A stretch of DNA of 64,000 bases, taken from NCBI RefSeq assembly GCF_006345805.1, contig NC_043015.1:38378001-38442000 (forward strand). Direction: 5' to 3'. Source of the DNA: Octopus sinensis. Lineage: Eukaryota. Position numbers and translations under genes: made by a program. Shown here piece by piece: positions 48,171 through 60,314 of the stretch; within the stretch, counting starts at the first letter, position 1, and each line of letters starts with the position of its first letter. The notes beneath the pieces are model-generated. The model searched no databases. It worked only from the letters and a program-made list of their open reading frames with translations, and had not been told where the DNA came from.

Positions 48171-51100
48171 ATCATCATCAACATCATCATCATCAACATC
48201 ATCATCATCATTATCATTTAACATCTGCTTTCCATGCTGGCAAGGGTTAAACGGTTGAACTGGGGGTCTTGGAAGCCAGGAGGCTGCACCAGGCTCCAGT
48301 CTGATCTGGCATGGTTTCTACAGCTTGATGCCCTTCCTAACGCCAACCACTGATTGAGTGAAGTGAGTGCTTTTTACATGCCACCGGTACGGGTATCACA
48401 ACAACAATTTCCGTTTGATTTTCATTTTGATGTTGATGTACTTGACTCAGTAAGTCTCCTCAAGCACAGTATATATATATAATCATCATCATCATCGGAT
48501 AATGTCCGTTTTTCATGCTGACATGGTTTGGACGGTTTAACTGAGGACTGGGAATCCAGGAGGCTGCACCAGGCTCCAGTCTGATCTGGCATGGTTTCTA
48601 TGGCTGGATGCCCTTCTTAATGCCAACCACTCCAAGAGTGTAGAGGGTGCTTTTTACATGCCACCAGCACAAATGCCCATGCATGAATGGTGCTTATGTA
48701 TAGGAGTGTGAGTATATGCACTCATATGTATATATATATATGTTGCATTGTGGGTACGCACCCACACCCATGTGGGTATATGTGTAGACTGTGTTATATT
48801 ACATAATCTCCGAAGAGGCCTTGTGATATTTTTGTTAATGTCTCATTTATATCTATATATTGACCAACCATAAAGGGCTAATATTGGTAAAATGAGACAT
48901 AATTATCGACATGGCCGAAACAGCTGTAAGATCTAATTTATACTTATATTTATATTTACTTGTATTTATATTCTTTTTTATATATATTCTACTTATTATA
49001 CAACATTACTCTCTTATGTACACTTTTTTATGTACATTCCTTTATGTACACTGATTTGTTCTGCTTTTTATATTTAACCCTACAGTCTCTTATGTGGTGA
49101 TTTAATAAAGTATGTGATTGAGTATTATCTGGTAATTGATATTTGATTCAGAAGTATTTCTCTATTTTCTTATCTTGTATATATATATATATATATATAT
49201 ACATACATTAATATCGAACAATGGAAATGAGTGCTCAATACTGCATTGGTGGATGTAATTGTTTTGTTTGTTTTTTTGTGAATTAAGGTATACACAACAT
49301 CTGGAATCATTCAGAACCAAAAACAAGAAACATGCAATATTCCTGTCAAATATTATATGGATATTGAAAGGAAGTAGAATAAGTAACCGCCAAATAGAAT
49401 GGAACATCATTGCTAAAGTTAAACAATACGGAGGACGGCCTGCCAAATGTGAACTCTGCATTAGTGAAAAGTTAAACATTATACAATCCACAGATAACGT
49501 CCTAAACATTAGAGAGGAAACCTTCTCTCCCTGCATACAAAAACAATATTTTACACTCAAATATTTCAAAGAAGAGCCTCTCTATGTGAGGTTAACCTTG
49601 CCATAATAGCCCATTTCCTAAACCTAAACACACAAACTTTGCCCCAATGACGAATTACCTCAGTGCACAGGTATAAGAACACCGTGCCCAGGACCAAAAC
49701 AAAATAATGCAAACAAATTGATCACAAAAGAAATTTGTCCAAAAGATAAATTCAAGGGAAACAAACACCCAAAAAAATGCTACCCAAGAGTAATGTCCCT
49801 TGATTCATTGTTTTATTTATGCAAATTTATGAGAAATCCCGTAAATGAAGTGAGACTCATCAGAAATATTAAATTTCTAAATATCTCATAGAGATATGTA
49901 CGGTGGTGGGGCGATAGAATGGTTGTATACTGTCAATTTAACGTGACAGTAGGGGATTACACCACCGCTGTTTAGCCCTAGGAAGCATCGACGCTTCCTG
50001 ATGGCTTTGACACATTTTTCCCTGTGTCCTTATATATTTACGAAGGGGAGACAAACACCCCCAGCAGCCAGGCCTGCATCTAGAGACACACATGTTTCAG
50101 GATCTTTGCCCATCATCAGTCTAGAGTAGCAGAAGCCCGCCAGCCGCAGATATCTGTCTCGATTTCGCAAATATATATATCTAATTTTCAGTGAAGTTTA
50201 TTCAGGGCTTCTGCTACTCTAGACCGATGATGGGCAAAGATCCTGATACATGCGTGTCTCTAGATGCAGGCCTGGCTGCTAGGGGTATTTGTCTCCCCTT
50301 CGTAAATATATAAGGACACAGGAAAAAATGTGTCGAAGTGAGGCTGTTTTCCAGAATGGTGGTGAACACCTTCCTCCATATGATTGGCTTGGAAAATTGT
50401 TAACACACCAGGATACTTTCCTACTTTACTTAACATGAAACCACACACACACACACACTCACACACACACTCACACACTCTCACACACACACACATATGT
50501 AGATATATATATCTTGTAAATGCTTTGGGATGCATTATCAGTTTGTTTCTGAAGTGTTGCAGGGTTAAGGGAGTTTCAGTATTAGACCTCTTCGTCTAAT
50601 TTTTTGCTTAACCCCAAGTCAGCTCTGGCCTAGCTCCCCTTTCATTGTCAAGTGTGCACAAATTCTGAAATAATAGAATGTAATGTAAAGGAAATTTGGC
50701 TGCTATTTCTAGCTTTTAGACTTGTCACTAGATTTCAATGTGGACAGAATAACATACTCTAACTTTTCTCCCATTAGGTACCATGAAAGCAGTTACAGGC
50801 ACATCTAAAATGGATGGAGCTGGACAGCTATATCGGATTGATAAAGATCTCTCAGTTAAAGCCATCAAAGACAAGATCAATATATCTAATGGCATGACAT
50901 GGACATCAGATGACAAAACCATGTTCTACACCCATTCTCTTCCAAGAAAAGTGTTTTCTTATGACTATGATATTTCTACAGGAGAAATCGGTAAGTATTG
51001 TCAGCCTTAATTATTTTCTTAATTACTAACTTAACGATCCAAGCAGAATTTCAACTCAGAATCTAAAATCTTGCTTTGGAATAACAAAAACGCATTTGGT

Positions 51101-53116
51101 CTGCTGTTCTTCCAGTTTTGTGACAAATATTTAATAATATTTAATTCAATTCAATCAAATTTATTGTTTTTGTATTTACAAAGATTTATTCTTGATACAA
51201 TTTTCATTTGCTTCTCCAGTTGGTGTACAATCTCGTTAGAATAAGATTTAGTCTTGTATTTGTAATTTGTGAGATGTTGGAAAGCTTTAACTAAGATTGT
51301 CCATGCGATCAGAAGACAAATTTCTTAGTAACAGTTTAAAACATGGAATCCAAAAGGCAATGAATTTAATTAACCCTTCCAGTGTTTTCATGAAAATATT
51401 TCATTTTAACAATAAATATTCTCCGTTTCCTTCTTTAGCCAGAGAACAAGTGGTTATCGATTTTGAAGGCAAAGAACTCCATGAATTTGGGGTACCAGAT
51501 GGAATGACAATTGATTTAAATGACAAAATATGGTTGGCTTGTTATTACAGTAGTCAAGTATTCCAGATTGACCCAGAAACAGGTACAGAAAATATTATTT
51601 CTTTACCCAAAAGCCTTGCTAGATGAGACAAGAGAGTTCTCCCTTTCTTGTAGCCATTTTCCCTACCAAAATTTCCTGGCAAACCTCCTTCAAATCATAT
51701 TCTGTTATCCACACTGTGTCTGTATAAAAGATGAGGTGGTCACAGCTGGAACAGCTTTGATCGTAGATAGATGTGACTGATCCGGGCTTATCAACAACTG
51801 ATTATTCGTTCTCCTGATATACTTTGCAAGCAACACATCCATGTGGAGGAGGCAAGGGACAAACATGGCAGCTGATTAAGAGAGAGACTGGTGTACATCA
51901 GATGCCTGTCATCATCATCATCATCAACATCACTTCTGCCACCACCATCACCACCACTTCTGCCTGCCACCACCACCCCTGCCACTCATTACAGCCATCA
52001 TCTTCATTGTTTTGTCTGGATTTCAGTAAAAAGTGTTTATTACACACATGTGAGTGAGAACACTGAGAGATATTTTTGGTATCTAACATATGTCAGATAC
52101 TGCGAGCGCTGCTTCTGATTGGTCAATCCATGGTGATGACCCGAGGTCACGGTGACAGCGCTGCTTCTGATTGGTCAATTCATGGTGATGACCCGCGGTC
52201 ACGGTGACGGCACTACTTTTGTCATTCATAAGTTACAACTAAACGTGAAGAATTTAGTTATTGGGTTAATAAAATATGCTCGTTTATTCGTGTGTAATAA
52301 ATAAAATACCAAACTCATTCCCTATGGATACCGTATTTATTACAACGAGTGGCTTGTAAACGTATCTAACTCACTTTCGCTCGTTAGATACGATTACAAG
52401 CCACTCGTTGTAATAAATACGGTATCCATAGGGAACTCGTTTGGTATTCTCTATTTGTTAATACCAAAATAAAAAGGTATTTAGTATGACTGCTAGGTGA
52501 ACTTAGTAGTTGGCTATGTCTACCTTGGATAAACACTTCATATATAATAAGCACGGATGGCTGAGTGGATAGAGTCACAGACTACCAGCAGTGAGGTGAG
52601 TGGTTCACATCCCAGTGCTAGTAGCAGATTGTGCTTGTGGCCATGGCACTAAACTTTCAAATGGCCAAGTCCACCTAGTTTGCAAAGGGATACCACATGA
52701 GAGGAGCAACTTAGTACCGTGAGCAGTGGTAGAACTGTAACTGTGTAAAGTTTTTCATGAACATGCAGTGGAGAGTTCAAATTTCATTGAGGGCAGTAAA
52801 GGGCAGAGTGCAGGAAGGTACTTCTGATGGACCAGCACACAGTACAATACAGGACAGAAATAGGGAAGGTAATTACGTTCGTGCTAATGAGGGTAATTAG
52901 GAGAGAAATACAAAAGATAATATTAGAGCAATAAATGTGAGGATGTTACTAGGTTTCTTGACTGTGACCATGCTGGAGCACCGCCATCAGTTGAACAAAT
53001 TGACCCAAGGAATTATTCTTTGTAAGCCTTTTACTCATTCTATCAGTCTCTTGTGTCGAGCAGCTAAGTTACAGGAATGTAAATACACCAACATCAGTTG
53101 TGGGAGGACAAATACA

Positions 53117-53161
<45 letters not shown>

Positions 53162-54104
53162 ACACACACACACACACATACACACACACATTGAATTCGA
53201 AATCGAACCAAATTCGTCGACTGGCACCCATGCCAACCTCCCTTCATTGGACACTAAACTCTGCCTGCGAAGACCTGTTGAGGCAAGTGAAATCGAAATT
53301 GAACCAAATTTGATGTCTGGCACCCGTGCCAGTGGAGCGCTGACAGCTCCATCCGAGCGGGGTCACTGCCAGAGCAGCTGTCTGGCTTCTGTGCCAGTGA
53401 CACGTAAAATGCACCATTTGAGCTTGGCCGTTGCCAGTACCGCCTGACTGGCCCTCGTGCTGGTGGCACGTAAAAGCACCCACTACACTCTCGGAGTGGT
53501 TGGCGTTAGGAAGGGCATCAAGCTGTAGAAACTCTGCCAGATCAGATTGGAGCCTGGTGTAGCCATCTGGTTCACCAGTCCTCAGTCAAATCGTCCAAAC
53601 CATGCTAGCATGGAAGGCAGACAGTAAAATGATGATGATGATGATACATATATATATATATATATGTATATACGATGGGCTTCTTTTAGTTTCCATTTAT
53701 GAAATCCACTCACAAGGCTTTGGTCAGTGCAAGGCTATAGTAGAAGACACTTGCCCAAGGTGCTATGCAGTAGGACTGAACCTGCAACCATATGGTTGAG
53801 AAGCAAGCTTCTTACCATGCAGCCACTCCTGTACCAATGTTTTTCAATTTTGGACAATTCTTTTTACTTTTTCCCATTTTGAAAACTATTTTCAGGTAAA
53901 ATTCTGAGTTCAATCAAGTTTCCTGTCAGTCGAGTCACTTCCTGTTGTTTCGGAGGTCCAAACTACGATGAACTGTACGTGACATCAAGGGCCAATAACT
54001 TAACAGAAAATCAGTTGCAAAATGAAGAGAAACTTGCTGGAAGTGTGTTCAAGGTTACCGAATTGGGGGCAAAGGGTAAAGCAGCTGCTGTCTTTCAGGG
54101 ATAG
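46480..54104 (+). CDS. RGN: Regucalcin/SMP-30 copy 3, 301 aa, intact
   Basis: Exons 46480-46636, 47008-47190, 50778-50990, 51439-51582, 53896-54104 total 906 nt, with the same exon sizes as copy 2. Motifs GEAPHW, NDFNDGKCD, ISNGMTW, PDGMTID and TSCCFGGPNYDELYVTS are present. Confidence 0.95.
47380..47640 (-). mobile_element. LINE (RTE-like) APE endonuclease fragment
   Basis: VIIPGDFTGHIGQ…EYGEDVRLLEFC resembles the 'GDFNGHVG…GERLLEFC' motif. Confidence 0.6.
48806..48932 (+). ncRNA. Hammerhead-like motif (CCGAAGA core, ~90-nt stem II insert) upstream of a Penelope-like endonuclease fragment
   Basis: AUCU-CCGAAGA-GGCC…GGCC-GAAA-CAGCUG-UA-AGAU. Confidence 0.55.
49280..49575 (+). mobile_element. 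Penelope-like element GIY-YIG endonuclease C-terminal fragment
   Basis: RYTQHLESFR…LSNIIWILK…IEWNII…AKCELCISEKLNII…VLNIREETFSPC matches the PLE pattern 'RY..H..SF…LS.YIW.LK…W.I…C.LC..EK..I…LN.R.E…C' as I recall it. Confidence 0.75.
50005..50338. repeat. ~135-bp inverted repeat in RGN copy 3 intron 2, each arm carrying a hammerhead motif
   Basis: Arms 50005-50138 and 50205-50338 are reverse complements with a few mismatches. Confidence 0.9.
50079..50125 (-). ncRNA. Type I hammerhead ribozyme motif
   Basis: Minus strand reads UCUAGA-CUGAUGA-uGGGcaaagaUCCu-GAAA-CAuguGUG-UC-UCUAGA, with a 6-bp stem I and a GUC triplet. The mirror copy at 50218-50264 (+) has a mutated core (CCGAUGA/GAUA). Confidence 0.7.
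52105..52208. repeat. 52-bp tandem repeat x2 containing CCAAT-type boxes
   Basis: 'agcgctgcttctgattggtcaat.catggtgatgacccg.ggtcacggtgac' occurs twice. Confidence 0.8.
52305..52448. repeat. ~65-bp-arm hairpin (foldback) in RGN copy 3 intron 4
   Basis: aataccaaac..ttccctatggataccgtatttattacaacgagtggcttgtaa.cgtatctaac, a 12-nt loop, then the reverse complement. Confidence 0.9.
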
Positions 54105-54981
54105 TCTACACCTCTCTCCAAGTATATATGGTAACTGAAAGACCACAGATATTATAATAATTATGTTTTATCACAGTTATATTTTATAAAATTAATAATG
54201 AAATAAATGTAAATTAAAATAAAATAAATTTTTTTGTATTCTTTCTCCTTTATGAGTGCATGTGTGGCTGTGTGGAAGATGGACCAAATCGTTTCAGTTT
54301 CAATCCCATTGCATGTATCTTCTGCTACATAACTGGTTGATGACCAATGCTTTGGGAACGAAGATTCATGGACAGGTAATGTGCAAAAGCTATTGTACTT
54401 ACAGGTGTGTTTGCATTTACTCCTCTTAAAAGCTGGTTTTGTTGTTTGAGTTCCATAACTTAGTAGTTTGACAAATAGAAATCAATAAAATACGTACTAA
54501 ATCACTGAAATTAATATGCTTGACTAAATTTTGAAGGCAATACAACAGCAAAGTCGTGGTCCATTGAATGAAACCAATAAAAGCACATTGGTCCATATTA
54601 ATCCTTTCATAGTATTACGTCCAGTGTTGTATTGGAAGATATCAGCGGAAGATATTTACAAACCCTATTTCACTGGGATCCCTGAAAACTGAGTTAAGAT
54701 CCTAAAGGGGTTGTGACAAGGGGTTTTAGAATGGATGGACTGATCCTAGGACTGAGTGATGGGTTGTGTCCTAGAAATCAAATAATTTCTCCCTTTTTTT
54801 TTTGTTATTTAACCAGTGATCGCTATGGTGGGAGAGGTTTGTCCTTTCTAGACAAACCGGTCGTAGAAACTATATGAAAACTATGTGTAGGCAAGTCTGT
54901 GTGTAGTAAATGGCACGTTTGGATATAAAACAGTTTTCTACATTTCTTTTTCACCTTTTTCAATTTTAAAACCAATTTCAG

Positions 54982-55079
54982 GTAAAATTATAAGATCAGT
55001 CCAAAAATTTGCAGGAAGTGTCTTCAAAGTTACTGAGTTGGGGGCTAAAGGTATAGCAGCCCCTGTCTTCTGGGGATAG
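54982..55079 (+). pseudogene. Orphan duplicate of RGN copy 2 exon 5 with an in-frame 111-nt deletion
   Basis: The acceptor tttcag| is intact. It reads GKIIRSVQKFAGSVFKVTELGAKGIAAPVFWG*, 98 nt against 209 nt in the parent. Confidence 0.85.
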
Positions 55080-55719
55080 TATACAACACTATCCAAGTAT
55101 ATATGGTAATCTAAAAATCTACAGATGCAGTAAACATGTTTTACCATAGCAACAACTGTAGCCATATTGTCAAAATAAATAAGAATTCCTTTTTAAAATA
55201 CAGAAAATGTTTTTGTTAATAAGATAAATGAAGTCAGTATATGCCATAATCTTTACTACAAATATATACACCATGATGATGATGCTCAATATTCACTATA
55301 ATTTATACACTACACACACACACACATGCATATACATATAAAAGGTTGTTTAGGTGAGTAAAGAACTGCGTATGTGTAGACATGGTGTATGACAAAGAAG
55401 TTTTCTTCCCAGCTACATGAAGTCCGCAGTATATGTATGCGTGTGTATGAGTGCATGTTTGTTGGGGGGTGTATACATCCCGGGGTCTGGGAAGCCAGCA
55501 GGCTGCACCAGACTCCAGTCTGATCTAGCATTAAACTCTGTTGGACTTTTGGATTTTATTCAAAGGATATTGGAATATTGCATATATACCATTATGCCTA
55601 TAAAACGGATTTACAAATTCAATACCCATATATATCTTTCATCTATTTTCTTTCCTCCACTTCACTCTCTATTTTGTATCACATCTAAACTAACTATGAC
55701 TTAATTTTCCTCTCACACC

Positions 55720-55771
55720 GTCTCCGATGAAGGGATATTATTAATTAATATCCAAGAAACAGCTGTAAGAC
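55720..55771 (+). ncRNA. Hammerhead-like motif (duplicate of 40205-40254)
   Basis: GUCU-CCGAUGA-agGGAUAUU..AAUAUCCaa-GAAA-CAGCUG-UA-AGAC. Confidence 0.55.
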
Positions 55772-56668
55772 CTTCTATCTATAAATGCTCTAATATCTAC
55801 ACAGCCTTGGTTTTTTTATCTTATTACGCAAAAAATTCTTATAAACACACGCTGACATAGAACCAATGTTGAACCCTTTATTCACAATATTACCGAATCT
55901 GGCACTTAATTATGGTCTGTCTATAGCACTTCTTCAGCATTACCTGACACCTTTGGGTCTCAATGACACCATTATCTCTTGTATATATATATATATACAT
56001 ACATATATATGTATGTATGTATATGTATACACACACACTCACACGATTCCTATAAACACTCACTGTCTGTTGTTGCTCTGACAAAGCCTGATAAACACCT
56101 CATCTTTCTATTCACTTTCATTTTACTTTTTCTACTGTCACTCGCTTACTCCCTATTTGTTCTTTGAAAACCTCCGACTTCCACTCTGCTTCTCTACTGT
56201 GACTCCAATAAATGGAGAAACCTAATGAAATCATTCCATCTGGCTATCAAATAAAACGATAATGAAATAAAACTAAATGTGAAAAACAATCTTGTTTGTT
56301 TTCTGTGTTCTTTATGTGTACAGGCACAACTGTGAGATTAAGGAATACTCACCCTGAACTTCACAGGTTTGTTTCCCAACATATTTTTGTCCAACATGCT
56401 TACGCTTCGGTCACTTGACCACCTGAACAGGGATAAAATCTTATAGATTCCTAAAGATTAGCCTTTTGTTGCTTAATACTGTATTTGACAGATTATAAGG
56501 CCCACAGTGAAGGCATGTGGCCGAAAGTTAGAGTATTGAGGTCATGAATGTCAAAGCTATGGGTTCAATTCCAGGACCAGGCAGCATGTTGTGTCCCTAA
56601 ACAAGGCACTTCACATCACATTATTCCAGTCTGCTCAGCTGAAAGCGGGACCAGTTAATTACTGGTGG

Positions 56669-56741
<73 letters not shown>

Positions 56742-59700
56742 CTCTCTACCTCCATCAGTCACATTTTCAGTATTCCAGTGGGTGAAAACCGAGAGGATAG
56801 TGGGAGTATCTTCATCTGCTCATCCCTATACAAGCATCTAAAACAACTAGAGCACGGTACAAGCTACCAAGTCGTACATAATTGCTAATTATGACAGAGC
56901 AAGTCACACTATTTTCCTAAAAATACCCACCACCACCGCCGCCATCATACACACAATTTGGATCGGATGATTGCCATGTGATCATTCTTTTACTGCTGTG
57001 GCCTCTAAAATAAACGACAAACACCTCTCTCTTACAAAAATGTAATTGGGAAGTATTTTCTAGCGCAACAATGTTTACCAATGGTATTTTGTTTCGTATA
57101 AAATAACAATCAACCGGAAGGAAATTATGCAACAAGGCTTCATATACCAGTCAACAAAATGTTTAGAATTATTCTCTTCCAGACTCTTCAGAAACCAGAT
57201 ATAAGTTCTGGGATTGTCAAAGATCAAAACACATTAAGGGTTCACTTATAATTCTCATTGTTTTTCTTTCTCATTTTATGTGTTTCATTTAACAAGAAGA
57301 GAAACAAATATCTTCTCGAGAAGAAAATGGGAAAAAGAGGACAGACTGAGTGAAATGAGGACATGCTTGTCACAAATCAGAGAGAGTGAGTGAACCATAT
57401 AAAGTAAGTGGACCTACTTGATGTAATGTGTAATGTAAGAGGCATGGAGGTGGAGTAACAAAGTTCATTTTGCAGCACTGCGGCTTCAGGTTCAATCCCA
57501 CAGTGCAGAACCCTAGGCAAGTGTCTAGATATATATGCATGTTTGTGTGTCAGTGTTTGTCCCCCACACCATTGCTTGACACCGATGTTGGTGTGTTTAC
57601 ATTCCCATAATATAGCAGACCGATCGAATAAGTACTAGGCTTACAAAGAATAAGTTCTGGGGTTGATTTGTTTGACTAAAGGTGGTGCTCCAGCATGGCT
57701 GCAGTCAAATGACTGAAACAAGGAAAAGAATAAAAGAGTATAAGTGTAGTTGTTCAGGTGGTGAGCTGGCAGAATCGTTAACACACGGGGAAAAATGCTT
57801 AGTAGTATTTTGTCTGTCTTTGTGTTCAGAGTTCAAATTCTGCTTGGATTGACTTTGCTTTTCATCCTTCTGGGGTCAATAAAATAAATACCAGTCGAAC
57901 ACTAAGGTTGATGTAGTCAACTTAGCTCCTCTCTTGGAAACACTGACTTTGTGCCAAGATTCAAAACCAATATCATTATCATCATTATTTAACGTCCGCT
58001 TTCCATGCTAGCATGGGTTGGACGATTTTGACTGAGGGCTGGCGAAACCAGATGGCTGCACCAGGCTCCAATCTTGATCTGGCAGAGTTTCTACAGCTGG
58101 ATACCATTCCTAACGCCAGGATGCCCTTCCTAACGCCATATATTTGTAGTTATTGCTGTTTAGCCCAAGGCAGTCCCTGAATCAGCAGGCATATGATAAT
58201 AAACAATCCAACCAGATCAATGTTTCTTTTTAAGGGCACATATCCCCATGATAACCATCACCTCAAATATTATCAGGTGTTGTTGTCATTGTTTAGCCCT
58301 AGGTAGCCTAGATTCGACAGACATTCCAGCTGTGACCACCACCACTTCTTTAGAGTATGTCTAGAAGAAATTTCCACCGTGTCCTTTTTTGTATACAATG
58401 GACACAGCCATGGTTGTGTTGTATAATTAAGAGATTCACTTAATTATGTGGTTTCCTGTCCAGTTCCATTGAGAGGTACTTCGAACAAGTATCTTTCATC
58501 ATAGACTTGAGCTGACCACAAAGCTTGTAGATGTTATCATTAGTTTCTCTGTTGTTGTCAAGGATGACCAAAGACATCAAAGGGTAACAAAAAGAAAGCA
58601 AAGTTTCCTTCTCAATTAATGTTGCCTCACAAGGACCAGTTTTTCGGTTTCATGGCATATAGATTCCACACCAGGACAGGATGCTGGTCTGTCGCAGGGT
58701 CACTCATTTTTGCCAGCTGAGTGGACTGGAGCAACGTGAAATGAAGTGTTTTTGCTCAAGAATATGTGTCGCCCTGTACAGGAATTGAAACCACAATCTT
58801 ACAATCATGAGTCCGATACGCTAACCACTAAGCCACGCATCTCCACAAGACATCACATGAAAAAAAGAAAAAAGGCTTGGTGTGTCTGGCTGTGGCCAAT
58901 CAGTCTGATGTGTTTTGCCATGGGTCAGGCATTGGTGATCTGTGGGGACAGAAGGCAAGAAGCTGGCTCTGGACTTGTGTAGTTCATGTCTTCTTCATGC
59001 TCCAGCAATCCTATTCTCTTCGTAGGAGCTGGCCCCTCTGTTGGTGCAGCTTTGCAAGGCAAGGGCAGCCCTGTGCTTGTATTTCCCAGGTGTTGGGGTT
59101 GATCTCAAAGCTTTTCAGTGAGGCCTTAAGTGTGTCCTTAAAGCACTTTTTCTGTCCACCTTCTGTGTGTTTACCTGCCACTAGTTTGCTGTAAAATAAT
59201 CTCCTGGAGAGTTGTGTGTCAGGCGCACAATGCTTTTAAAAAATGTGATTGAAGGAAGATTTGGGTGTTATTTCTAGCAGATCAACTACCCGTGTAAAGA
59301 TTCCCCTCATTGTTTTGTGTTTATGTGTAAAATCCTTTTCATATATCTGCCCCTCTCTCACCCCACTTTACTTTCACTCTCTCTCTCTCACTCATTCTCT
59401 CTTTATTACTCCTTACACTCACGCTAACACTCTAACTCAGTTCTCCACCTCTCTCTCTCCCCCCTCTCTCTCTCTCTCCCCTCTCTCTCTCTCTCTCTCT
59501 TCCTCTCTATATATCTATCCATCTGCTAAGACCTCCACAGGTATTCTCTCTCTCTTTCACTAGCAATTAAAACCCTGGGGTTTCGTGTATCAGAAATTAA
59601 TAAAAGCTGGCAGTTCATCAGAAGGAACAAGTTAGTTTGCTGTGAGGAAGAGGAGTCTGTCATCCTGTGCAATGCCGTTCACCATAATAACTCTACACAG

Positions 59701-60209
59701 ACATATACTACAACTGGGCTTACTAAAACACCAACAACTAAAAGGTAGATCCTTCTCTTCTCTACTTCCTTCTTCTTGGGCTTTGCACTGTGGTTGGGGG
59801 TAAGCAAGGGCCATGCTCCCAGCAGAAAATCCAGCTCAAAAGAAGCCTCATGATAGCAAAGGAGAACGGGTACCAGCCAGTCCAAAGGTTGGGGTGGGCT
59901 ACACCTGCCTACGTCGGTTGCTATGGCATTGAGGTAGATAAGCCCCCCCCCCGCCCTTAACGGGGACAAAACCCGGATTTAAAACACTGGATGATGATGA
60001 TGACGATGATGATAGTGGTGGTGGTGGGGGTGGTGGTGGTGACGATGATGATGACGATGACGATGACAATGATGATGACGATAATGATGATAGTTGTGAA
60101 GCTAGCTTTTTAAACCCTGCAGTCATATATAATACATTTAATTAATCCTCTCTCTTTTTGCATGTCAAAATATATTTCAACAGCAAATATTTGCTTTTTC
60201 TGTCTTCAA

Positions 60210-60314
60210 CCAGAGAACAAGTAATTATTGATTTTGAAGGCAAAGAACTCAATCAATTTGGTGCACCAGATGGAATGACAATTGATTTAAATGACCAGGT
60301 TGACCCAAAAACAG
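60210..60314 (+). pseudogene. Orphan RGN exon 4 with an in-frame 39-nt deletion and a mutated acceptor
   Basis: REQVIIDFEGKELNQFGAPDGMTIDLND-QVDPKTG lacks the KIWLACYYSSQVF segment. The acceptor AG is changed to AA and the donor gtacag is intact. The flanks resemble the copy 3 introns. Confidence 0.85.
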
